From Mobula hypostoma (taxonomy: Eukaryota): a stretch of DNA of 64,000 nt. The notes beneath the pieces are model-generated. The model saw nothing but the letters and a program-made list of their open reading frames with translations. It was not told the origin of the DNA and did not search any database. Position numbers and translations under genes: made by a program. This document shows positions 53,742 through 64,000 of this stretch, one piece after another. Position 1 is the stretch's first letter. Every line of letters begins with the position of its first letter. The stretch is taken from assembly GCF_963921235.1 (NCBI RefSeq), contig NC_086097.1:79672001-79736000 (forward strand), written 5' to 3'.

Positions 53742-56700
53742 GAGGGAAGGGTGGAGAAGAGAAATGCTGCGGTGATTAGGGATTCGTCAGCTAGGGGAAG
53801 GGGCAGGAGGTTCTGTCGGCGAGAACAAGATTCCTGATGGTATGTTGCCTCGCGGTTGCCGAAGTCCGGGATATCTCGAATTGAGTCCTCAACTTTCTTA
53901 AGTGGGAGGGTGAACAGTTAGAAGTTGTGGTCCATGTAGGTACCAATGACATGGGTAGGACGAACGTCGAGGTTCTGCATAGGGAGTTTGATGCTTAAAG
54001 GGTAGGACCTCCAGAGTTGTGATCTCAGGACTGCTACTAGTGACACGTGCTAGTAAGGCCAGAATTAGGAAGATTATACAGTTTAATATGTGGCTAAGGA
54101 GTTCATATAAGAGGGAGGGCATAAGATTTTTGGATTATTGGGCTCTCTTCCAGGGAAGGTGGAATGAGATGGTTTGCACCTGAATTGGAGGGGGACTAAT
54201 ATCTTAGCAGGAGGGTTTGTTAATGCTGCATGGTGGGGTTTAAACTAGAGTTGCACGGGGATGGGAGCCAGAGTGCCAGGACAGTTAGTGGAGAGGTTGT
54301 GGAGGCAGAAGTTGGTAAGACCTCAAACACAGTTAAGAATCAAAAGATGAGCATGGTGTGACTAGTGTCCTGAGCAGCATATATTTCAATGCAAGAAATA
54401 GCGTAGGAAAGATGGGTGATAATGCTGAAGATAAGGCAGCTGGTTTACAAACAGAAGCAATGTGTGGTGAGAAGAGGCTGTTCGATAGGGCAGAATTGCA
54501 GTCAACTTGCAACATAAGAAGCGGGCAAAATTAAAAAGGATGAATACAGGTCTGAAGGTGTTATATTTGAATGCGTGCAATGCACAGAATAAGGTAGATG
54601 AACTTGTAGCACAGTTGCAGACTGGCATGTATGATGTTGTTGGCATCACTGAATCATGGCTGAAAAGCAGGGAGCTTAATGTCCATGGATATACATTGTA
54701 TCGAAAGGATAGGCAGGAAGGGAGAGGGGATGGCATTGCTGTGTTGGTAAAAAATGAAATCAAATCATTGGAAAGAAGTGAGATAGGGTCAAAAATATAG
54801 AATCATTGTGGATAGAGCTAAGGAACTGCAAGAGTAAAATGACCCTGAGGGCAGTTGTATGTGGATCCCCAAGCAGTAGTAAGGATGTGGTCTACAAATT
54901 ATAACAGGAGATAGAAAATGCATGCCAAAAGGGTAATGTTTCAATAGTCATGGGGGATTTTAATATACAGGTATATTGGGAAAATCAGGTTTCTTGCTGG
55001 ATTCCAAGAGGGGGAATTCTTGAGTACTATGAGAAGGCTTTTATAGAGTAGCTCATGGTTAAGCCCACGAGGGGATCAGCTATTCTGTATTGGGCGATTG
55101 AGTGTTGTGCAATGAACCGGAATTGATTAGAGAGAGTTTAAGGTAAAAGGATCCCTAGGGATAAGTGGACATAATATGATTGAATTTATCCTGAACTTCG
55201 AAAAGGCAAAGCTAAAGTCAGATGTATCAGTATTACAGTGGAGTAAAGGGAATTTTAGAGGCATGAGAGAGGAGTTGGCCAGAATTAATTGGAAAAGAAC
55301 ACAGGCAGGGATGATAGCAGAGCAGCAATGGCTGGAATTTCTGGAAGCGATTCGGAAGGGCACAGGATATACATCCCAAGGAGGAAGAAGTATTCTAAAG
55401 GGAAGATGACACAACCATGGCTAACAAGAGAAGTCAAAGCCAACATAAAAGCCAAAGACAGAACATATAACAGTGCAAAAATTGTGGGAAATTATAGGAT
55501 TGGGAAGCTTTTAAAAACCAATAGGTGGCAACTAAAAAGTCATCAAGAAATTAAAGATGGAATATGAAAGTATGCGAGCCAATAATATTAAAGTGGATAT
55601 CAAAAGTTTCTTCAGAATCATACAATATAAAAGAGAGGTGAGAGTGGATATCGGACCACAGGTAAATGATGCTGGAGAGGACGTAATGGGGGACAAGGAA
55701 ATGGCGGATGAACTGAATAAGTATTTCGCATCAGTCTTCACTGTGGAAGACACTAGCAGTATGGTGGAAGGTCCCGGTTCAGAGGTCATGAAGTATATGA
55801 AGTTACCATTACTAGAGAGAAGGTTCTTGGGAAACTGAAAGGTCTGAGGGTAAATAAGTCACTTGGACCAGATGGTGTATATCCCAGGGTTCTGAAAGAG
55901 ATCGTGAAGGAATTAGTTATGATCTTTCAAGAATTACTACATTCTGGAATGGTTCCGGAAGACTGGAAAATTGCAAATGTCACTCCAATCTTCAAGAAGG
56001 AAGAGAGACAGAAGAAAGGAAACGAAAGGCTAGTTCGTCTGACCTCAGTGGTTGGGAAAACATTGGAGTCGATTACATGATAAAATAGGCTGTATGGTTT
56101 CCTCAAGGAAAGATCTTGCCTAACAAATCTACTGGAATTCTTTGAAGAATTAACAAGCAAGATAGACAAAGGCAAATTGGTTGATGTTGTGTACTTGGAT
56201 TTTCAGAAGGCCTTTGACAAGCTGCTTAACAACCTATGAGTCCGTGGTATTACAGGAAAGATTCTAGCACGGATAAAGCCATGTCTGATTGGAAGGAGGC
56301 AAAAAGTGGGAATAAAGGGAGCTTTTTCTGGTTGGCTGCTGGTGACTAGTGGTGTTCCACAGGGACCGATTCCTTTTATGTTAGATGTCAATAATTTGGA
56401 TAATGGCATTGATGGCTTTGCTGCAAAGTTTATAGACGATATGAAGATTGGTAGAGAGGCAGGTAGTTTTGAGGAAGTAGAGTGACTACAGAAGGCCAGA
56501 CAAATCAGAATGGCAAAGAAATGGCAGATGGAATACAATGTCAGGAAGTGTATGGTCATGCACTTTGGTAGAATAAATGAAAGGGTTGATTATTTTCTAG
56601 ATGGAGAGAAAATATAAGAAACTGAGGTGCAAAGAGATTTGGGAGTCCTTGTGCAGGATTTCCTAAAGGTAAATTTGTCATATGAAGAGTGTTTGATGGC

Positions 56701-58745
56701 TCTGGGACAGTATTCACTAGAATTCAGAAGAATTAAGGGTGACCACATTGAAACCTATTGAATGGTGAAAGGCCTTGTTAGAGTGGATGTGGAGAGGACA
56801 TTTCCACCGATGGGAGAGTCTAAGACCAGAGGACACAGCCTCAGAACAGATGGAGTCCTTTTAGAATGAAGTGGAGGAGAAATTTCTTTAGCCACGAAGT
56901 GGTGAATCTGTGGAATTTTTTGCCACAGGCAGCTGTGGAGGTCAAGCTTTACACAGTGGCATACAAAAGTTTGGGAACCCTGGTCAAAATTTCTGTTACT
57001 CTGAATAGCTAAGCAAGTAAAACATGACCTGATTTCCAAAAGGCATTAAGTTAAAGATGACACATTTCTTTAATATTTTAAGCAAGATTACTTTTTTAGT
57101 TCCATCTTTTACAGTTTCAAAATAACAGAAAAGGAAAAGGGCCCGAAGCAACATGTTTTGGCACTCTGCATGGTCAGTACTTACTAACACCCCCTTTGGC
57201 AAGTATCACAGTTTATAAATGCTTTTTGTAGCCAGCTAAGAGTCCTTCAATTCTTGTTTGGGGGATTTTTGTCCATTCTTCCTTGCAAAAGTCTTCTAGT
57301 TCTGTGAGGTTCTTGGGCCATCTTGCATGCATTGCTCTTTTAAGGTCTATCCACAGATGTTCAATGATGTTTAGGTTGGGGAACTGTGAGGGCATGGCAA
57401 AACCTTCAGCTTGTGCCTCTTGAGGTAGTCCATTAAGATTTTGAGGTGTGTTTAGGATCATTATCTTGTTGTAGAAGCCATCCTCTTTTCATCTTCAGCT
57501 TTTTTACAGATGGTGTGATGTTTGTTTCCAGAATTTACTGGTATTTAATTGAATTCATTCTTCCCTCTACTAGTGAAATGTTCCCTGTGCCACTGGCTGC
57601 AACACAAGCCCAAAGCATAATCGATCCACTCCTGTGCTTAACAGCTGGAGAGGTGTTCTTTTCATGAAATTCTGCACCCTTTTTTCTCCAAACATACCTT
57701 TGCTCATTGCAGCCAAAAAGTTCTATTTTAACTTCATCAGGACTTGTTTCCAAAATGCAGCAGGCTTGTTCAGATGTTCCTTTCCAAACTTCTGACGCTG
57801 AATTTTGTAATGAGGATGCAGGAAAGGTTTTCTTCTGATGATTCTTCCATGAAGGTCATATTTATGCAGGTGTCACTGCACAGTAGAACAGTGCACCACC
57901 ACTCCAGAGTCTGCTCAATCTTCCTGAAGGTCTTTTACAGTCAAACAGGGGTTTTGATTTGCCTTTCTAGCAATCCTACGAGCAGTTCTCTCAGAAAGTT
58001 TTCTTGGTCTTCTAGACCTCAACTTGACCTCCACCATTCCTGTTAATTGCCATTTCTTAATTATATTACGAACTGAGGAAACGGCTACCTGAAAACGCTT
58101 GGCTATCTTCTTATAGCCTTCTCCTACTTAGTGAGCATCATTTATTTTAATTTTCAGAGTGCTAGGCAGCTGCTGAGAGGAGACTATGGCTGCTGATTGT
58201 CGGGACAAGGTTTGAGAAGTCAGGGCATTTATAAAGCTTTGAAATTTGCATGACCCTGGCCTTTCCTAACGATGACTGTGGACAAGTCATAGCTCTAACA
58301 TGCTAATTAAGGTCTGAGACCTTGGTAAAAGTTATCTGAGAGCTCAGATGTCTTGGGGTGCCCAAACTTTTGCACGGTGCTCCTTTCCTTTTTTTTCCAC
58401 TCTAAAATTGTACAAAACAAAAATAATACACTACTCTTGCTTAAAATGTTGAAAAGAATATTTCATCTTTAACTTTATGACTTTTGGAGATCAGTTCATC
58501 TTCTACTCACTTAACTATTCACAGTAACAGAAATTTTGACTAGGGGTGCCCAAACTTTTGCATGCCAGTGTATGCATCAAAGGCAGAGATTGATAAGATT
58601 CTTGACTGGTCAGGGCATGACGGGATACGGGTAAAAGGCAGGAGAGTGGGGCTGAGAGGAAAATTGGATCAGCCATGTTGAAACGGCAGCACAGACCCAA
58701 TGGGCCAAATGGTCTAATTCTACTCTGATACCTTATGGTCTTATG
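53742..58745 (+). mobile_element. CR1 LINE (ORF1 SGNH-esterase remnant, APE and RT ORF2, 3' tail) interrupted by a Tc1
   Basis: VVVHVGTND, YDVVGITESWL, MGDFN, ELNKYFASVFT and YLDFQKAFDK motifs. The 3' end resumes at 58571 and finishes in (TCTTATGG)-like repeats. Confidence 0.88.
56954..58570 (-). mobile_element. Second full-length Tc1 IR/DR transposon copy, inactive
   Basis: Colinear with and highly similar to 39258-40877, with TIRs at both ends; inserted in the CR1 3' region. Confidence 0.93.
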
Positions 58746-59922
58746 TCTAATTCAAGCGACAGAAAGCTGAAACTCAGCCAGCTCCATAATTGTCACTAAC
58801 CTCCACAGCAATTAGGACATTTTGAAAAGGTGATGCCTCAAAAAGGCGGCATCCAACATTAAGGACACCCATCAATCTTCTCATTGATAACATCAAAAAG
58901 GAGGTACAGGAGCCTGAAGACACACAATCAGCATTTCAGGAACAGCTCCTTTCCATTCCACTATCAGATTTCTAAATTGATAGTGAACCCCCATACACTA
59001 CTTCACTCTTTTTAAAAATTTGATTCTGATTCTATCAATCTGCTGTAAATCCTGAATTGTACATAATTCCTATTTTACAATTAATGGGTGCCAAGTTAAA
59101 AAAAAACTTATTTCCCTCCTAAACATCAGGCAAGCATTTTAAATGAATTATTCACCTTCTACCAAGTCCTACAAGATGCAATTCAATTCCTAATCTGGTA
59201 TTTTTTTTAAAACTATTATCTCCACTATTTATTCACATTCACAGGATAGTTTGAGGTGTAGAACACAACACTGTAACTGGCTTTGCCTTTAAATTAACTT
59301 GACTAACCATATTTTACAGAATCTGAAGGAAGGATAAAACATTCAGAAACTATTAAGGGTTGCTTGAAAGGTTCATACAGAATAAGCAATATTGATCATG
59401 ATTGTGAAAATATCATATGACTTAACAGTCAGCAGTATTTTTCTATGAACAATATTATCATATTATAAAGGTCAATCATCTTGTATATTCTATTTAGGAT
59501 CCAACAGAATGCATTGAATATCTGATAAAACCAACATTATCTGCAGATACAGAGGTATAAATTTCACGAGAAAATCAGTAAGCACTTTACTGTTTTGAAA
59601 TATATATAATAGAAACTACAAGTTAGCAAAGAATTTTAAAAAAAAACTCAAGATTGATAAAAATGGCTATTTAGAGGAGAAATTAACTAGATGATATTAC
59701 AAGCACAGTGATACTTATAACCAGATTTTCTTTTGGTGAAACAGATGTAGTAACAAGAGATATTTTTCCAAATCTGTTTTAAAACTGCAAGATTTGAATA
59801 AACACTGCTGCACATGTTTCTACCCATGAAGCAGTAAGCTTCAAAAATATTGTTGTAGATTACAGCAACTCAACAATTAGTTTTGCTCGACCCTTTATAT
59901 GAGAATTTCTAACAGTTTTAAC

Positions 59923-60712
59923 ATTCAAGATTCAAGATTCAAAGAACTTTATTGTCATTCTAACCATACATCAGCTCTGCAGGGCAGAATGAGACAGCGT
60001 TTCTCAGGGGCAGTGCAAGCATAACATAACAAACGCAACACTAAATAATAAACATAACAATAAATAGTAAAACACAACAGCCACATGTCAGTTAAAATCA
60101 GTTATAAGTGTCTAGTGCAAGTTAAAAGTGTCCAAAGCAGAGTCAGGTGGAGCAGCTATTTAGCAGTCTGACTGCCTGTGGGAGGAAGCTGTTTAGTAGC
60201 CTCGTGGTTTTAGTTTTGATGCTCCTGTAACGTTTGCCTGATGGCAGAAGAACAAACAGTTCATGGAGAGGGTGTGAGGGGTCTTTAATGATGCACCGTG
60301 TCTTCTGGAGGCATCGACTCTGAAAGAGGTCTTGGACAGAAGGTAGGGAGACCCCAATAACCTTCTCTGCTACCCTAACCACCCTCTGCAAGGCCTTTTT
60401 GTCGACAGCACTGCAGCTGGAGTACCAGGTTGTGATGCAAAAGGTCAGCACACTCTCAACCACGCCTCTGTAGAATGTAGTTAAGATGTTAGTGGGGAGT
60501 GATGCTTGTTTAAGCTTCCTCAGAAAGTGCAATCTCTGCTGGGCCCGTTTCACAATCCCAGTGGTGTTCCTGGACCAGGTGAGATTGTCCGAGATCTGCA
60601 CCCCAAGAAACTTGATGTTTTCCACTCTCTCCACTGTGGAGCCGCTGATGCTGAGGGTGTGTGCTCAGGCTGAGACTGTCTGAAATCGACGATCATCTCC
60701 TTGGTTTTGGTG
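59923..60712 (-). mobile_element. Rex1/Babar-like LINE 3' fragment
   Basis: ORF 60143..60634 (KFLGV.I..NLTWS.NT...KRAQQRLHFLRKL...LPSGKRYRSI), with a (TCTTGAA)n tail. Confidence 0.88.
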
Positions 60713-60819
60713 AAACATGGTGAGGAAACATAATGAAGATGGCCACCTAATGCCAACTGCTCTGAGTACAGTTCAGGTTCCAGCAAGAAAGAACAAGGAT
60801 GGCAAGGTGCAGAAACTTT

Positions 60820-61038
60820 GAATGTAGAGAGTCATAGTAAATTTAGTCAAGAAGGAAAAGCAGCCATATGTACGGCTTAGGAAGCCAAAATCAAAAGGAG
60901 CTGGAAAAGAACTCACAAAGAAAATTAGGAGTGCCAGAATGGGCCATGAAAATTCCTTGGCAGGCAGGATAAAAGAGAATCCTAAGGCATTCTATACATA
61001 CATTGATAGCAAGAGGATAACTAGTGAGAGAGCAGGAT
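60820..61038 (+). mobile_element. CR1 ORF2 fragment truncated by the ERV insertion
   Basis: LAGRIKENPKAFYTYI motif, ending abruptly at the LTR terminus. Confidence 0.75.
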
Positions 61039-61705
61039 TGTAAACTTAAATTTGCCAGACCAATAACGACACCACAAACAGTTCTTTACTTTAACCTTTT
61101 TCACCAGTTTATTTGTTTGAACTCAGCCGGCGAGAGGCACAGATTCAGAACACCAGAGGGACAGAATTCCTCTCCCCCGGGGGCTCGTATCGAACCTCTG
61201 TCTAACATGCAGACACGTTACAATTTATAAAACTCGACAGACACAGAGCACTTAGTTCAACTGTCATTCCCACCAAGTCTGTTGGAGCAAAACTTAATTA
61301 CTTAGATAAGAGAGTCCACTAAATCAAGGTTTTAATTACAAATGGATGTATTGTCCAGCCCTTATCAGTTATTCCTTTTGCTAGGCCCTGACTTAATTAC
61401 AGACAGATGTTCACTCCTGTCCTTAACAGTGAGTCCTCCCTTTCCCTAAACAAAGAGGGAACTTAGCTCAATAAGTGCGAAACCATAAGTCAGGATGTGT
61501 GAGAACCATGAGAACTCAACCCCCATTACAGTCTTTGAGTCATTAATCTAAACAAACTGCAGGCAGATTCCTCAGTGAAGGACAAACAGAAATTTGTGCA
61601 CTATCCAGAACAGAGCACACATAAGTTTGCACTTAATTTTAACCCGTTATTTACAAGAGTCCAAGAATCATTTCTTAAATCCCCAATACCCTTAAGACTT
61701 CATCA
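61039..61705 (-). mobile_element. 3' LTR of an endogenous retrovirus (667 bp)
   Basis: TG...CA termini on the minus strand, preceded by the polypurine tract AAAAAGGAGGGAT (61706-61718). TATAAA at 61224-61229 and AATAAA at 61108-61113 lie in U3-R order. Confidence 0.85.
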
Positions 61706-61872
61706 ATCCCTCCTTTTTATCATTACATGATAAACTTTTACAATCGATCGTCCTCTCTACAACAGGATACAAAACATGGACAAAGGCACTGTAGGATACA
61801 GACAATAATCAAAATTAATACAATCACAGACTTTCGAAATGCAAAAACAACCCCCAGAAGTCCCCAAATATA

Positions 61873-63536
61873 TTAAAGGTCCAGGGCCATCCCCCTTTCA
61901 CAATTCTTAAATCGCTCAGTCACTACAGCCCCGTGCATACACCGGATACCACTCACAACACTAGTCCTAGAAATAAGATGATCAGGATTTATGATCATGT
62001 ACCCGACATCTCTTCCTATTATCCAGGTGTCCAAGGGTTTCTCTCCTTGAAGATGAGTTATGTCCCCAGCTTTGATTTCAGTGGTGTCCCAAACATCCCT
62101 CAGAATACATCGCTCTGTGCTGTTGTTACTCAGAGTACCTGGCTGGTTCACTGTAATGGTCAAACGTATTTCAGGATCGCCACAGGAACTAAGAATGCTA
62201 TTCACCGTCACAACTTCGAACTGACCCTTGTGAAAGCTTATACCATCATCTGAACACTTCCTCCTTGGGCAGCTCATTTTTGCTGCTCTGTCGAAACCTT
62301 GTAGCTTGATCCCCATCTTCGTTTCTTGTGAGTTTTCTGATAATGTAACTTCTGCAAGCATTGTTTTGTTTAATATTTTGGAATGTAGTTCATGCTGATA
62401 TGTTTCTGTCTCCAAAAGTGTGACAGCCGTTTCTTTGTTGCCTGTATAATCAGCCTGTGTCTCTTCATAGTTTTTACGTTTTGAATTTATGCAGTGAGGT
62501 ATAGTATTCCCTTTGCACAGTTCTCATTGATGTTTTGCAGGTATGTCAGGAGTTTTCAGGAGATCCAGCTTTGAGGGTGTTTGCAGCTTCTGTAGCCAAA
62601 CTTTATTCACTGGCATTGTGGACTGAATCCATTCGCTCTCCCTTTTACTGTAGCCATCATATTGTGTTTTAGTTACTCAAGTCAATGCAGAATCACAACT
62701 TTTATTCTGTATATGTATATATTGTTTTGTATCTAATCTCTGAAAAGGATTCCTTAATGGATTTATATGCGTGGGCAATTGTATGTTCCCCATATTGTTC
62801 TTTCTAGTCAAACAAAACTTTGCATCTGTCTGTACAGTAGCTGGAGATGGGAACACCTTCAAAGTACTATTTATACACTGTCTTGTCTTCATATTTTTCA
62901 GCTTCCCATTCTCAGCTCTCTTCACAGCGCTGCATAGCTGAAACCCAGAAACAGTCTGCTTAATAGCCGTTAGACACTCTTCTAGAAGACTATCGGAGGA
63001 AGCCTCTGTGTTTGCAATGTGTTAAACCTTTCTCTTTAACCAGGGTTCCTCTCCATTTCTTTGACTTCAGTGCCCCATTGGGACTAGTAAATCTTTTCCC
63101 AGGCAGCTTAATGGAACAAAGTGTCTCACAATCTTTCAATAGACTTTGCCTCTTTTTGTTCTCAGTAAACTTATATTGTGGAACCGGTTTCTCATTTTCT
63201 ATATCTGAACAGCTCAAAAAAATGCTGAGATTCAGCTATTATATTTTCCTTTGATTGGCTAAAACTATAACGGCGGACTGGTATCATAGTGGGTACTGCA
63301 ATCTCATTCATTTGTGTTTCAGGAACAGTAAAAATTTCTACATTATTCACTGGACATTCAGGGACTGCTTCACTGACATCGGAAGTGTCTGGAATACTTG
63401 ATTTCAGAAAATTCTCTTCATTGCTGCTTTCCAATTGACTTAAGTCCACGGGGAAAGTTTTTATCCCTTTTGTTTCATCAATTCCATGTACAAATGAAAT
63501 TTCCTCGGTTTCTTTTCCACCAATGATGAATTTCCT
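61873..63536 (-). pseudogene. dna2: Intronless decayed DNA2-derived reading frame inside the ERV; recognisable DNA2 N-terminal OB/pre-nuclease segment at about 61890-62230
   Basis: RLTIT...CILRDVWDTTEIKAGDITHLQG...DTWII..DVGYMIINPDHLIS.TSVVSGIRCM..AVV.ERFK matches vertebrate DNA2 as I recall it (CILRNDW...GDIIHLEG...DTWII..[30 protein letters not shown]). The upstream low-complexity frame is broken by two TGA stops and two frameshifts. Confidence 0.85.
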
Positions 63537-63555
63537 TTAATTCCAGAGAGTCCGT

Positions 63556-64000
63556 CTACTCAGTTCCTTCAGTAACACGTTTGCAGTCTGTTTGATGTAT
63601 CCACCGAGATTGCCCCCTCAGTTTCACAGCTGCGGGAGTGGTCAGTAACACCTGATACAGTCCTCTCCACCGAGGTCAGAGTTTCCCTCGATCCCAGTTC
63701 TTGATCAGGGCAAAATTTCCAGGCTCAACTGTGGAATAGTCACCTTTGGGGTGGGTTTTGTTTTCCCAATAGGCCTGCCGCACCCGTGAATGCAAGCTTT
63801 GGAGAGTTTTAGTTAACTTGCAGAAGTATTTTCCCATCTCCTCCCCCAAGGTATGCATATCTAATTTTGCAGGTAAGCTCTCAGGGAGGAGCGGCAAACA
63901 AGGTCGGGGTCCCCATGGGGTTCCAAAGGCTTCCTGTAGATAATTTCTGCAGGTGAAAACCCCGTCTTACTTGATGGCGTGATTCTCATATGGAATAGGG
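63556..64000 (-). pseudogene. pol: Retroviral pol, integrase C-terminus (class I ERV-like), disrupted
   Basis: MRITPSSKTGFSPAEIIY ... [20 protein letters not shown]...WIHQTDCK, the typical (G)PY/WIH integrase C-terminal signature. Terminal TAG at 63556-63558. Confidence 0.88.

Noticed and set aside
61873..62415. The genuine host dna2 gene
   Set aside because: It is intronless, truncated before the nuclease core, disrupted upstream, and embedded between a retroviral integrase and an LTR.

Overview
Vertebrate genomic DNA, probably a cartilaginous fish (inferred from the repeat content). The window covers part of the gephyrin gene (gphn) on the minus strand. Five constitutive coding exons (G-domain C-terminal half and central linker) and the alternatively spliced 36-aa C3 cassette exon have canonical GT-AG boundaries. 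The introns are packed with transposable elements: HERO-like RLE LINEs, CR1, Rex1/Babar-like, RTE, two nested L1s, Tc1 IR/DR transposons, Penelope-like elements with hammerhead-ribozyme motifs, and solo LTRs. The most striking structure is at 61039-64000 (-). There, the 3' half of an endogenous retrovirus (integrase end, PPT, 3' LTR) has its env position occupied by an intronless, decayed reading frame ending in a clear host DNA2 nuclease/helicase fragment fused to a residual env-like transmembrane tail. This looks like retroviral capture of a DNA-repair gene. All protein family calls come from motif recognition, not database searches.
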